Shown here one piece after another: positions 30,532-44,950 of a stretch of DNA of 64,000 nucleotides. The position numbers and the translations under genes were made by a program. Origin of the DNA: Schmidtea polychroa (lineage: Eukaryota); NCBI GenBank assembly GCA_044892525.1, contig CM097885.1, positions 235,602,001-235,666,000 on the forward strand. Reading direction: 5' to 3'. Below the pieces are notes generated by a model that was not told where the DNA came from, did not search any database, and worked only from the letters and a program-made list of their open reading frames with translations. Positions within the stretch are counted from its first letter, which is position 1. Each line of letters begins with the position of its first letter.

Positions 30532-30760
30532 CACTCATACCTCGCTATACGGCTGCTCTTTATACGGCTTTTCGCTATAACGGCCTACTTTAATTACGGC
30601 ACTTTTTCGATTTACGGCCTAAAATGTTTCGTTATACGGCCAAAAATCCTATTGAATTTATATGGAATTGTATCAAAATGTATTTGATTCGTTATGCGGC
30701 GTTTCGCTTTGCGGCCAACTTTCCTGGAACGTATTTAGGCCGTAAAGCGAGGTATGAGTG
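30532..30760. mobile_element. Tc1/mariner (pogo/Tigger-like) MITE (229 bp)
   Basis: TA flanks; TIR CACTCATACCTCGCT(A/T)TACGGC 21/22; internal TACGGC repeats. Confidence 0.88.
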
Positions 30761-30999
30761 TATATCAAATTTGAATAGTTCCGAATAAAAAGAAAACTGA
30801 AATTGAACAAAAAAGAATGGCGGTCAATCAGAGAAGTAATGGCAAAGAAAGATATGAAAGAAACAAAACTATAAAAGGGTGCAATCAGACACGAAATGGA
30901 AAATGCGCAAACCTGAGGAAGTGGAATAAAGAGAAATGTTATCGAAATTGAAACTGGAAAACGGGAGAGGGATAGATTAGGGAATGGTGAAGAGGACAA

Positions 31000-32442
31000 T
31001 GAGCAATAAATTGTTAGAAAATGTTTAGGAAGAGTCGAAAACAGGCAAATATGGAAAACACAAACTATTGATTAATTAATTAATTGGCTAATGGAAAACC
31101 CGAGCTAATGGGAAGTCCGAGCCAATGGAGAACCCGAGCGATGAAGAAACCCCGAGCGCGGCAATTTGGAAGAATATAAACAAACTGGGAATTTAGAGGG
31201 CAATTATTCAAACAGTCGGATAAACGAGGGTAAACAAAAGAAAGGGAATTACTAAAAGAGTCAACAGAAATAACTAATTAGAAGACGATAACTAAGGAAG
31301 TCAAAACCAATTAGGTCAAAAGTGGAGTAATTACAACGATTATGGGAGTATATAAGGAAACTCCAAATTCAGATAATCGGCAGTAGCCTCAGGTAGGGAA
31401 GAAGAAACTGACAATAGGAGTTGAGGAACAAATCTATGAACCAAAAGGGAATTTTAAGAGGAACTGAAGAGTTAGAAAAGGGAGTATTAAAGGAGTTAGG
31501 ATCCGAGAGCGGAATCAAATAAAAAGGTGAAACTTAATTTTAAATCGCACAAGGTCGAGACTTGCCAGAGCGAAGTTCGATCAGAAATTGCGAGCAAAAT
31601 CTGGGTTAATTAAAAGTTGTAATTATTTATTGAGAATTGTAAATTTGCTATAAAACAAATATACTTTGGGAGTTTGTGTTTATCAATTTTTGGGACACGT
31701 GGAGTCAGAGTAACCAATGGTCGACTTCTTAGTATCATAAAACCCGACATATATTTTTGGTCAGCCCGACGTGATCAAACATTGGTGGGTGAATATTGAA
31801 TAGTGAAAAGAGGTGAAGAAAATGAAAGTGGTAAAATTTGAAAATAATCAGAAATCGGGAAAATTGAAAGAGGTAGTAATTATTGATTATTAATTTTAAT
31901 ATTTATCAGTGAGTGAATATAATTTGAGAAATCAAAAAGTAAAGATGGCTAGATAGAACGCCGAGATGATAGACTTTGCCAGTTGTCAAAAATCAGTATG
32001 GAGGAGACCCGGTTGAGTTTGCCGATTTCATGGGCGATTATTTTATGTACGCTTCGGCCTATGGATAGCCACAAGTCATAATAGTACAAAGATTTCCACT
32101 CTATTTATAAATTTCTAATTTCTTTTATTGATTTGTTAATTTTTTCTTAGTTTTCGTTTGTCTATAGAAAATTATCGCTATATAGTTTTTTTAAAACTTT
32201 TCGTTTCACGACGTTAAGGGCACAGATATGGAAGTAAAAACAAAACCTAATTGAGGATCAGTTTTGATTCATAAAAATGAAAAATATGTAACATTCTACT
32301 ACACAATTTAACTACTTTAGCAGATAAATCCTTCAATGAAAAGCCTGAACAAATTAAAAGATAGAGAAACAAGTTCTCTATTCTACGTGGATTTTTCGAA
32401 TTTAAATCAATGGTCGACTTCTTAGTATCATAAAACCCAACA
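31000..32442 (+). mobile_element. Decayed LTR retrotransposon: LTR end, tRNA-Trp-like PBS, gag 5' remnant; left boundary unknown
   Basis: ...AAAACCCGACA (31749), then TGGTCAGCCCGACGTGAT (31758-31775; 16/18 to the tRNA-Trp PBS TGGTGACCCCGACGTGAT); gag-like YGGDPVEFADFMGDYFMYASAYG*...RFPLYL; the LTR-end 35-mer recurs at 32408-32442. Confidence 0.6.
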
Positions 32443-32661
32443 TCATAAATGCACATTGTAGGTTTGGATGCATTTTTTATTGTGTAGTGTTTTTCAATTT
32501 CTATAATGTAGAGAGTATCTCATTGCGATTGCAATGAATACACCTAAATCGGAATTATAAAAGTTTCTATAATACATGTTGGTGTGTACACCAGTTGTAG
32601 GTGACTGACTTGTCATGTATGAGAAAATGAAGTTTGTAACTGCATTTATTCAATTTTAGAA

Positions 32662-35600
32662 ATGGCTATCGAGTAAGTTTTTTTAATATTAAGTATATTT
32701 TAAGGTTTGAATTTTGAATCTATATAATTATGAGATCATTATTCAAGTTCTTAAATATTACTTTTAGTCAACATTTGTATTATAAATTATTTTTCTACCA
32801 CTTTCTCAATTTCTATATAAAAACTTTTAAGTTTTGAAACATTAAATTTTTGCACACAGATAAGTTAGTGAGTTCCTATACTATAACTTAATTAATTTTT
32901 TAGATCATAGAAACGTTTGTATTATGGAATTAGATGTAACATCAGAGTGAGTAGGTATGTTTCTATATTATGACGTTAGTGATTTTTTCCTTATATTATA
33001 AGATTCATATCTCAGTGGGGTTTGGTGTATCTATTTATTGTATGTTTAAAATTATGGACGATTGAATTTTTTAAATCTTGATAATATTTATTTAATTATT
33101 TAATCAATTTAACAATAAAAAATAAGATATTTTACATTTTTTGAAATAATTTAAAATTATAAATAGATAATTAGAGAATAATTTAAAATAGGAAATTTTC
33201 AAATTTTAATAAAATATTCTATTACAATAATGTTAACACTATGTAATAATTTCTTATAATTAAGTGCAATAATTTGTTTAAAATACTATTTATTTTTAAT
33301 AAATATTTTAAATTTATGAAAGCATGGTTGTAACTATTAGTAAAAATTTATTATTCGTACGTCCTATATATTTTCCCGATAAAGAGTAAGCTAATAAATT
33401 TAATTTTAATTAATAATAGAACTTAGGTTGTTTGTTATTGCACATGAAAATGTAGTAGAAGTTATTAATTTATATCATAATACAATTTGGAAATTAGAAG
33501 AAAAATCAAAAATTAAAAATTTAGAGTATTATGATATATCTCAAGCTAAAGTTTTTTACTTTATCTAATATTATTCCTTTGACATATATTTTTATATAGT
33601 TTTATGTTGCCCTTGAAAATGAAATTAAACTTTGTGATATTAACAAACAAGAAGTAAACGTTGTAATTCGACTCGAGAATGAAATTCAAAATGTTTTTTA
33701 TTTCAACCGTGATGTTATAATTGCAGAAAAAGGTAGATTTTATTTTTATTTAGTAAATTTTTAATCTTTTTAGAATCAATAAATTTATACTATGGTTTCG
33801 ATAATAATAAAAAGAAACAAATTTCTGATAAAACATTTGAACATATTGCATTTTGTGCAAAAGTAATATTTAATAATAGTTTATTATTAAATATTATTAT
33901 TGTATTAAGTTAGGTATTTTTGGAATAGTGGAAAATCTGACTGTATCTGTAATATGCGTTAACGATGACAAATTTTTTAATTATAAGCTCCCCAAACGTA
34001 GTAAAATCCATTATTTGACAGCAGTTGCATGTCATCCAAGTGAACCTATCATTGCTACTGGAGAAACTACTGGAATGATATACATCTGGTGGGACGTGAA
34101 GAATTCCCTCAAACAATATACTATTTACCATTGGCACTTTCTTTCTTTGAAAACTTTGGAATTTAGCTACAATGGAGAATATTTATTCAGTGGTGGCCAT
34201 GAACAAGTTCTAGTGAGATGGGAATTCTCAGTAACCGAACATAAAAAGAAACAATCTTGTTTCCCTCGGCTTGAATCGGATATCGAATCTATTCGAGCAT
34301 GTGTCGGTACGAATTCCGAATATTTCCTGATCACATTGTCCGACAATTCCATTAGAATTCTAGGCAACAACCAAGGCGCATTCGGCTCAATCGATTCATA
34401 CTCAGGCTTGATTCAACGACCTCTGGCTCTTCAAAAAAAAGTCTCAAAATTGTGCCAATTAAATCCAGTAGGACTCAGAAGTTGTTTCAATTTGCCGCCA
34501 AAATTCAGTTCTTGTGTCTTATTGAATGGGCATGAAGGCAAGCTGCAATTTTATGATTTAAACAGGCGCTCCACCGAATATCAATTGGATGTTGCATGTC
34601 AGAACTGGCCAACTGAATCAGAAAATTATTTAATCCCAGGATTTATTCAAATCCAATTGGTGACGATCTCAAATTGCGGCCGATTTATCGCTACATACGA
34701 ATGTCTAGGAGTGTGCAAGACGGCCATGAGTGGACAGCAAACCCTTAGAATATTTATCTGGAATGAAGTTAATGAAAGGTTTATTATCTATGATTAGCTA
34801 TTTTTTCTAATTAATTTTTATAAGTATATTATATAATTAATTTACCATCATTTTGTTTACTATTTACAACTAGGATTATTTTTTTGGTCGACGAAAATCA
34901 AAATTTATAATTTGCTCTCTTTCTACTTACTATTTATAAGTAGATTATAAAATAATTTTCACTATTAATCCACCATTATTTGTAGTAGATTTAGCAATAA
35001 AAACTTTTTGACGGTTTAAAGTAATTTAAATGTTTATTATAAATTGTTTATTTTTACCTACTATCATATAAATATATCTGATTGCTTTTTTTCAATGAAA
35101 ATGTCTGACTTATCAGTAGATCGGTAATTTATTGTTCTGTAATATACCATTTTCATAATCAATTTAAACTCTTTGTAATTGAATTTATTATGAAAATACT
35201 ATATAAACTTCATTTTAGTTGGAGAGAATTTTATTATCTTTATCTACTTACTATTTATAAGTAGCTAAAGATAATGAGCAAAATTGACAAAAATAATTGG
35301 AATATTATATGTATATTTATCAAAAACATTTATTTTTAATTACAATTAATGTCTTATAAGCATAAACTGTTGCTTCGACACTCCATGTCCATTAAGTCTA
35401 TCAATTACATACCTGAAAGTATCTCACATTATTTTGTGTAATTTTCTGCTAAATCTTGCAAATAATCCAAATTGTAATTATTTATTTCATAGTATTTTCA
35501 ATTGTTCCCAAATCAATGACTTGCAAAATAGTGGCAGCATCCCAATAGTCTCACTAAAACAATGAAATCTGAACCCCAGATACACAATTGTTTGTATAGG

Positions 35601-36782
35601 TCATTCCGGTGGGCATATTCTGCTCTGTGACATTGCTTTTCCACTATTTTTCCTTAATTATAATAAGTTAACTTTAAAAAATAATTAATAATTAATTGAT
35701 TTTGTTTTGAATTAAAAATTGTAAACCATTTTAGTTATGAATTGGAAACGAAGACAGACATTGATTATATGGGCAAATTATCCGATATGGTTTTCCACCC
35801 TGTGGACAACTGTTACCTTGCATGTACCACCATGGAAATGGAGTTGGCATTATTTCAGCGCAATTTCAAAAACGATATCGCATGTTGGAATGTGGCAAAT
35901 TCAGTAGATTTGGAAGAAGTTCTTTATCGGTTTAAAATAAAAATAGAAGCCTCCACATTGAATTCTGTAGCAAGAATGGTTACGGTAGAAAAACCATCAA
36001 AAAATGGTGACGGTCTATTGGTTATTACGAAATGCGATTGCCTTGTCGTTTATAACTGGAATGATTTGATCAAGTCAAACACAAAACCGGTGTTTGCAGT
36101 GAAATTGGAAACATTGGTAGAAGATCTTGATATGAAAAATGAAGACAAGAAGCTGCTGAATTCTACAATCACGTCGGTGGCGATATTCAATCACGACGTC
36201 GATTTAAATACATACAGAATCATTCTAGGCCTCCCAACTGGAATTATTGTTACAGAAATACTGATCAATTCCCAAGGAACGATTGAATATAAAGCTATTG
36301 CTGGTGCGATTTCTAAATTCAGCGTTAAAAATTTGAAGTCGTATCCAGTTAGTTTGGGATCGAATTCGCAAGTTGCAGTTCTATTTGAGAATTCTGATCA
36401 TTTGACTATCATATCCGTATGGAATGACGCTTCAGTAAACAATAGAGTAGTTTCAGTTCCAACTCTTGATGATGTTGCATGGGTCCCAGTGGATGGTCAC
36501 AGTGAATGGGTTTTGGTTGGAATAAAGAACGATAACAACTTGAGGTCGATTCTAGTTTGTGATGATGCTGCATCTCAGTATTTCAAACAGGCGAATGCCA
36601 TTGAAATTAAACATGAAACCAAAAACTTACTTTCATCTGTGGAGGAAATTCAGATTTTGCCAAAAATGGAGAAAACCATTAGAAGGAATTTAGATCAACG
36701 TTTGGACAATAACTTTATGCTATATAATCCAATACATTGTCCCAGTGCAGCATTCATATTAAGTTCACTATACAAAGTTTAA
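32662..36782 (+). CDS. WDR75: WD repeat-containing protein 75 (UTP17/NAN1, SSU processome); exons 32662-32672, 32911-32946, 33427-33550, 33600-33732, 33774-33862, 33910-34778, 35735-36782
   Basis: VACHP...IATG, YHWH, LFSGGHEQVLVRW, FPRL, SDNSI and LNGHEGKLQFYD match WDR75; all listed junctions are GT-AG and phase-compatible; AATAAA overlaps the stop. The first small exons are less certain. Confidence 0.88.
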
Positions 36783-38418
36783 TAAATATTCCATGCATTT
36801 CATTAAGTTGATCAGATTTTTTATGCTTGATTGATTGTGATTATTTCATAAATATATTTTACGAATTCAGAACAAAATTTCTCAATTTCATTTAGACGTG
36901 GAATTCTTAATCGTGTGCAAAATTTGTTGAATACGAGCCACCTAAAAAATCATCGAACTTTTCCATAGGCTCATAGTCGTATAACATCCTTGAATTGAAT
37001 GTTGAGTGTTTATATTGTTATTGTCATTTTCTCTTCAAGATTTTAAAGTCGAATGTTGGATGCCTGTTTTATGGACAGTGAGGAATTTCCAAACGAAAAA
37101 TGGTTATTTTTAAATAACGTTTCATATTGATAAAAACTATTATATTTGTATTTATCTTTTTATTTCCTGTTTGACTCTAAATAAACTAAGCTTCTAAGTT
37201 TAATTAATTTTACATTTCAAATTTTTTTTATTAACAATTCAAAGTTTTTAGCCGCTTTTCACTAGGAGCTGTTCATTAAACTCTTACCCGTAGTTCTTTT
37301 TCTGGAGGTCCCTGGAAATATTTCAAAAGAAATTTAGAAAATCGAGGTTTGCGCATCTGCTGGTACATAAGGAATTCTGTTTTATTACGATAATACAAAA
37401 CCACATACTGCAGTAGTGACGCAACAAATAGATGGCAAGTTCTTAGTCATCCAACATATTCACCTTATATATCCTGCACCGGTTTATTCTTTCAAATCTG
37501 TTTCCATAACAGTTGCTGAATATTTTGGGTTCAAGAATGAAAATGTTACAAATTAAAATATTTTATATGAGAACATAGAGGGAACGTTGATTATGTACTT
37601 GTTCGTTAGTATAAAATAGGCGATAATTCGTTAGTGTTAATCTTTGAACTCTGCACTCTACTTGTATTGGTATTGCTATGGCCAGGGTCTTAGTCGGTGC
37701 GGAAGTTAAGACACCACACATGTACTTAAAATAAATTCACTAATGTTACACGCTGAACTGCTTGCCACTTTATACCTGGTTTAAAAAAGCAAATATTCAT
37801 AAACACTGACAAAAATTGCTATAAATCTTAAATATAGAAAACGAAAAAAATAAACAAGTAAAAAATTTCTATTTTTTTGACGTGCAACGAACACCTACCA
37901 CACACGGAGTATCCGTCACTGATTTTAAAGTTATAGTGAAGGATATCCAACTCTGTTTTAATAATTATAAAGAAGGCTCAGAATGTATTTTTTCATACTG
38001 TTTTTGGTATTTACTAATTTAAATGTTGAATGTTAGTTAAGTCGCATGTAAAAATTTAACACGTTGAGTACCGGGTGAAGCGTACTGTAAACATTCAGGG
38101 ATTTGTAAATATGTAATAAATAAACATTTTTCTGGACGGCCAGGGATGTTTGACTTGAAATTATTTAATTTTTTAATTTAATTTTTTCTATCGATATTTT
38201 TGCAGCCAAGATTTTTTGGTTGAATGTCAATCTGAAATTCACACTATAGTCAGAGGTTTTTTTAGTTCCAGATTTTTTTTCACATGGATTTATGGTAAGA
38301 TATTTTGAAGAATCGACGTCGAATAATCGAAAAAAATTGTTACAAAAAAATTGTTTTTGAAATTAATTGTATTGTATTTGACCGATTTTTATTTTTGTTT
38401 TCTAAAAATATTTCTTAA

Positions 38419-38645
38419 CCACTCGCCGGGCAATTTTTTTTCATGTTTTCGGTCAAAAAAATACTATTTTTTTAAATCATTAATTAATAGTATATAATCA
38501 AAATATAACGTAAATATATTTTTTTTAATTTTCCGAGTTTGTATTCACTAATTTTTTCTATATGAGTTTGCGCTCACATGTGAGCGCTCGCCCGAAATGG
38601 TACACATATTTTGCACTCATATTTGAGCGCGCGCCCGGCAAGTGG
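38419..38645. mobile_element. piggyBac-type MITE (227 bp)
   Basis: TTAA flanks; TIR CCACT(C/T)GCCGGGC; subterminal palindromes GCGCTCACATGTGAGCGC. Confidence 0.85.
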
Positions 38646-40048
38646 TTAATATTAAATTCATTACAAAATCAATGTATGTATTTTTTTTTCATCTGATGAT
38701 ATAGGTATAATCGTATCTCGTTGAAACTATATAAATAATAAAATAACACGAAAAAATTACGCTAGAATTTTTATTAGATATTAAACGATTTACTAGGAAA
38801 ACAGCATTTTGAAATCTTAGATATGCAAATCAAATTCACTGGTATTTTTATATATGAAAATATAAACAGTACAAAAAGGGCGCTCCATTACTTCTATGCC
38901 AAGGACTTTAAGAAACCTCGAGCCGGCACATGGGAGAATACTTATCGCCAACTCAACCACTCTAAAATAATACAACACCACATTGAAAGTAATATTGAAA
39001 AATTAAGTAAAACAATTAAACTATTTCAAAGTTACAATGAAAGATATAAGATTCAAATATAGAAAGCAATAAATTCTAATTTTTATTCAAAAAAAATCTG
39101 CTCAACTATCTTCTTTGAATTGATTACAAACAACTAGTTAATACTCAATTAGCATAATACTAACTTATTAATAACCAAATAACTAAATTATTGATAAAAT
39201 TTTGTTAATCAAGTACAAATTATTTTAAAGTTTTCTATTACGAGTACTGGTAAGAAATAAGTACGCTAGAAATATCTAAATGGGTATCATTAAAATCCAA
39301 AGGAGGCAGGTATAAGCCCTCTAATAATTACATTAAATCATCGAATAATCCAGTAAATTCATTTAAATGACAATATTCTACCATTTTTAACGATATCCAA
39401 GCAAATGATTGATTCCGAGTAGTATATTAGTAGGATTATGACCCATTGGGAATTTGGCTTGAAAACCATTTAACTGGACGATTATGGATATTTGATTTGG
39501 AATTTTTTAGACCCAGTTCCCCATAAATATTTTATGTGGATGAGGTTAAATTTTTTGAAATTTGCTTTAATGAACTGATTTTTTAAAATTATTTGTTTAA
39601 ATGGAATAAATTAATTTTAATATATTTTTTTAATTTTAAATTTATTTTTACAATTATTATTATTATTATTTTTTGGTTAAATGTTAATCTGAAACTCACA
39701 CTATTGTCAGAGAGTTTTTAGTCTCGATTAAAAAGTATAAATATTTTTCTTTCTAAAAAGCCTAAAAATTAATTTAAAATTAACTCTGAATAATATCAGG
39801 AAATTTTTAAAAAGTTTAAAATTTTAAATGAAAAATTCTAAATATTTTTCCTTATTAAAAATCAAAGTAAATGTTCTGGATCAATAAGCATAATTTCTTT
39901 ATGAAAATATTTTTTCAATAATTTAAACTAATTTATCGCAATAAAAAACATAGTACTAGTACTTGCTCAAAGACTAAATATTTTCCTCGATAAAAAGCTT
40001 AAAAAATAAAGTTTCTTTGAAAATGTCTAAATATTTAACTCGATCTTA

Positions 40049-40423
40049 AACTCGATCTTACGACTGGCTGGCACTATTCAACAGCTCAATCTTCTTCCTT
40101 CTGATCGGTTGGACTATTCGACAACTCGATCTTACGACTGGCTGGCACTATTCAACAGCTCAATCTTCTTCCTTCTGATCGGTTGGACTATTCGACAACT
40201 CGATCTTACGACTGGCTGGCACTATTCAACAGCTCAATCTTCTTCCTTCTGATCGGTTGGACTATTCGACAACTCGATCTTACGACTGGCTGGCACTATT
40301 CAACAGCTCAATCTTCTTCCTTCTGATCGGTTGGACTATTCGACAACTCGATCTTACGACTGGCTGGCACTATTCAACAGCTCAATCTTCTTCCTTCTGA
40401 CCGGTTGGACTTTTCACAACTCG
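40049..40423. repeat. 74-bp tandem repeat, 5 near-identical copies
   Basis: Units start at 40049, 40123, 40197, 40271 and 40345. Confidence 0.95.
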
Positions 40424-40439
40424 GCCTTAATAATCCCTA

Positions 40440-43354
40440 ACATGCATGTTTTATTCTCCATTTCTCCGTTTGTCCTAGGCTCACTATTTTTGTTGTCTTT
40501 ACTTTAGTTACTGTGCACTTTCTAAACGTTTATCCCCCTGCATGCCTGTTTTTTACTGCTCTTACGGGTTTTCCTCACTCCCCTGACTCCGGATTCGCAT
40601 CTATTATTCGCATCTATTATTCGCATCTATTATTCGCATCTATTATTCGTATCTATTATTCGCATCTAGTATTCGCATCTATTATTCGCATCTAGTATTC
40701 GCATCTATTATTCGCATCTATTATTCGCATCAATTATTCGCATCTATTATTCGCTTTCCTTTGACTGTCCTTGTCCCTATCATTCTGCCTACCGGTTATC
40801 TATCAATTTAGTCTTTAAACTCTAATTGTTTCTCTTTACTTCGCTCTCTCTTTTCCCATTTACTTGGTCTTCTTTTTATTTCTCCTACATGCTTTTTTTT
40901 ACTGCTCTTCCAGGTTTTCCCCACTCTCCTGACTCCGGATGCGAAACACTCGCACTGGTCGATCTCCGATCGTGTGGTGATCAGTCACACGCAGAGATGT
41001 TCCAGTATATGCGATGGGCCCTGTTCCACATCTTTCGTCAGGACAGTTGGTACTTTCCTGGGCCTTATCCGTACTACGCTGAGCGTAGCTCATAGGTTGT
41101 GGATTTCCTAAATCTTAACAGGGAAAAAAAAATTTTTTCCTTATTCATTTGCTCCCAATTTTCGTAATACTTTATTCTCGTTTTTACGCAGTGCTCTTAA
41201 TCTACTTATCTCGATTACTCTTGGTCCTTTTTCATTATTCTAAATATATTCACGTCTCTTGTCTAGTTAACGTCTTATTGCTATCGCTTTTACTCTTACC
41301 GCTTCGGTTGACTTGTTTCTCGTTAATATGTTCACTATTTCCTCAGGCAGATCCCTCTCGCATTATTTGTTAATATTAGTTTATCCATTTTATTCGTTAC
41401 CCTTCTATTCGTTAATGATTTATTTACGAAACATCCCTGCTCAATTTTGTAATTTATCGCTTCCGTATTTGTATATTTTCCTCAGCTTTGATTTTTTATG
41501 TTACCTCTCACTGATTTCCCCGTCATAATGTTTCTCATTTCGTATATTTTACGTTTTCAAAATTTGTTTGTTGTTTTTCTGTTTATGGGCCTCTTTGTTC
41601 CACTCCCTATATTTTAGGTTTTTAACTTATTTCCGCGTCTATTTGATATTTTACTTTTGGCGCGTAACTTTGATTGGTCATTTATTTTCATTATCTCATT
41701 TAATTGTTTATCTATGTCTACATATACACGCATATACTTATACATATACCCTTATCCATAAACATATATTCATATACTCATATCCACCTATATCTGGATA
41801 TCTACATCTGTACGCATTTCTCCCTAGCTGTTCGTGGAGTGGTTGATATTATTGCATTTATCGTTTCTGAATTTATTCAATCTCACAATTGCAACTTTTT
41901 GTTTCGTAATAAAAGTGGACAGTTCGTTCGTTTTCATTATTGTAACTTTTTGTTCCGTCGTAAAAGTAGGCAGTATGTTCGTTTTCCATAACTAAAACTT
42001 TTGTTCCATGTTTCTAATTGGTCTCATTTTTGTTAGTATCTCTCGTTATTTTAATTTTCCGTGTCATGATGTTAAGCTTTCACTTTTGTTCTATTATAAT
42101 GTATCGCGTTTCATTTTATATTTGTTGTTTCTCGTAATTTTGATTTTTCATTCAAATGTCTTTGCCCTTGCTTTCTTTCTGTGAATTTGTTACTTGTTGT
42201 TTTCTGTTTGTTCATTTCGTTTTGTGTTTTCCTTGTCATTTTTATTGTGTTTATTTGTTCACATTCTATTTCGTTATATGTGCGCTCTTCATTTTCTGTC
42301 CATCATGTTTTTGTATAATTTTCCCGATTGTTCCTATTACTACTCATGTCCATTTTGACTTTCATCTTGATCTGCCGTTTGTTGTTGTCCTAGTTTGATC
42401 TCATTTTTCCTCCGCGTCTTCGCAAAATGTCGTCCCCGACATTCATTATTTTATTTATTATTATGTGTTCTCTCGGTTCTCAGTATTTTGTTCTCGTGTC
42501 CTCTCTACCATATTTTCTAAACGTCCATTTTCTCTGATTAATTTTCCTTACTCTTAAATAAGTGTAGATTTTAATATTTTTTGATTTTCGCATTATTTTA
42601 TCTTTGTTTATGGTGATCGGTCCTCTACTTTTATTATATATCATTTTATGTTGGGGTGTATACACCGATATATGCGATTATTTATATACAATTAGTCCTC
42701 TTTTTGGCACTCAGTTCTACCATTACCGTCTCTTTTCCATGTTATGACCCTGCTGATAGTTCGTTGTTTTTCCTCCTTTACGCAAAATACGGATACGGTG
42801 TTCTTCTGATCATTCCACCTCCCCTCGGAATATTTTACTCATCATCTTATAACCATTTTCAATGAATACTATGCTGGATTTGTTATAACTATTTGTACTT
42901 CATCTTCAGCTCCCTGCGTTTTCGTTTTCCCGTTTCCTTTTCCCGTCTGATATTCTCCGTTACATTCTGACCATATCTTTCTCTCTTTGTTTTCCTCAGT
43001 TTTCTTAGTAGTTCATTTCTTGCATTCGGCTTTATCATTAGAGTCGTTCCATTTCTCTTTACTTTAGTTCAATTTTTCCTCTCTGATCCTTGATTATTCT
43101 CTCATGAACAAATTCATTATTCAAATTTTCGATTAGATTGTTCCTCCATGAGATTCCTTACTTCTGTATAGCTAATGCTATTTACGATAATATGACGCTT
43201 TTCTGCTTCCATATTTCTCCTGTGGTGGTATTGGGATTGATTTCCATTGTGATCCATTTCATTCTATTAATTCACCTATATTGATTCATAATCTTTTATC
43301 TGAATTTTATTTCATTTTACTTCCCGAAGTTATATACTAATTATACCGCGCTGA

Positions 43355-43391
<37 letters not shown>

Positions 43392-44950
43392 TTATATAAT
43401 CATATACCTTTATATATTCATTGTTCACACTATATATAGTCATCACCCTTTCTATGTATGTGGGTTCGTAATTCGTGATACTTTCTAGATCTCTCCCCAC
43501 TGTTCTTAGTTTAGTGTTCTGTACTCTTTCATTTACTGTATATTTCACCCGTCTGGTTCTAATTGTTTCCAATTCTCTATCGTTGACGTTGGATAATTTT
43601 TCATACTTCTTTCCGGTTATTAATATGAGCATCGTACGTATAACTGTCTTGTATATTCATATTACTTTGGCTAACCTTAGGCTTCCTGGTTTCTTTCGCT
43701 GGATCATTTTCGTTGATACCTATCATGTTATTCTCGTATCTTGTATATTTACTTTCATTGATTTCTCTCTATACTTTGTCAATCTCCCGAGTCGTTTTAC
43801 ATAAGTTTTAGAATTCATTTTCTACGTACCCTGGGTGTCTGTGATGTTCGCCTATTTTGCAAAGTTTTTCACTGCCTTTTAACTTAGTTCTCGTGCCTTT
43901 GTCACGAAGATTTTATTTCGATTTGTTTTTGCTCTATTTTTGTACCGTGATTTTATTTTTTCGCAGTTATTCTCGATTGTCTTTGGTTCAGATTTATTTT
44001 TCGAGTTACCAGCAAGCTTAGTTCTTGTTTTTGTTCTTTTACTTAACGCTTTTGTTCATTTTGTTCATTTCTATTCGTGATGTTTCGATGTCTTTTCTTG
44101 TCTTTACTTTCTTTTACTTTCAGTAGAATCTGTTGACTCGCTCGGTTTCGTCTGGTAAACTCATCTCTTTATCTATAATGTTGTTCGTCTCAGATTCACA
44201 TTTGCAGAAGCTAAGACATGGTTATCATTTGCTTTATTTATCGTTTGGTACTTTGTTATCTGTCGAGTTTTATCGTATTTTTCATTTGGATGTTTATTCA
44301 ATCGTTTTTATGGTTTGGTCTTTCCATTTTACCGATGCATTTAACATCCTTGGGTACTCTACCCTTGGGTTGGTATGCGTAGAAGGTATTACCTGTAGAG
44401 TATAATTGGTTTAAATAGTCCTTATCATACACTGTATGTATCGACAACTCAATACCAGAATCATATATAGCTTGCTTTTTCCTAAACCCCCTAATCCATA
44501 CATTCTTATATATCATTTGCGTATAAAAATTCATACCATTACATATTCATTTATCAGTATATTCTCAAAAAGTTCCCCTTCTAAAGCCGCTATCATTCCC
44601 TCGGTTTATCCATTCACTAATCAACGTAATAACAATTAACATTTAATAATTCATTGACATAAATATTATCAAGAGCCTGCATAACCAATCCTCAACCAAT
44701 TGCTGGCCCATCATTCAACCATTCAACCAAACAAGGACACATTATCAAGGAGAAGACTTATTTATTTTAATAAACTTAGCTTATCTTACTTATCCTATTG
44801 TCAAACCTTGAATTTACTGAAATCCGGATGTAACGATATTCATACATTATTCTTTTGTTCTGGGCGTATCCAACCATTTTTAGCAAAGAACATTCCGTCT
44901 ATCTTCGAAATAGAGTAATTTTGTCGAAACCAATTAATTACGATTTGCTA
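40440..44950 (-). mobile_element. Probable decayed LTR retroelement (strongly strand-biased; aspartic protease remnant)
   Basis: ~4 kb that is T/C-rich on plus; minus ORF 44298-44534 has KKQAIYDSGIELS, resembling a retroviral protease DSG motif. Boundaries approximate. Confidence 0.4.
40592..40755. repeat. 13-bp minisatellite (ATTCGCATCTATT)n, ~12 copies
   Basis: Direct reading of the sequence. Confidence 0.95.

Noticed and set aside
40049..40423. CRISPR-like array
   Set aside because: Units are fully repeated with no unique spacers; eukaryotic context and no cas genes.
40513..44405. Many hydrophobic Phe/Leu-rich short ORFs
   Set aside because: A product of T-rich strand bias; no consistent domain or splice structure.
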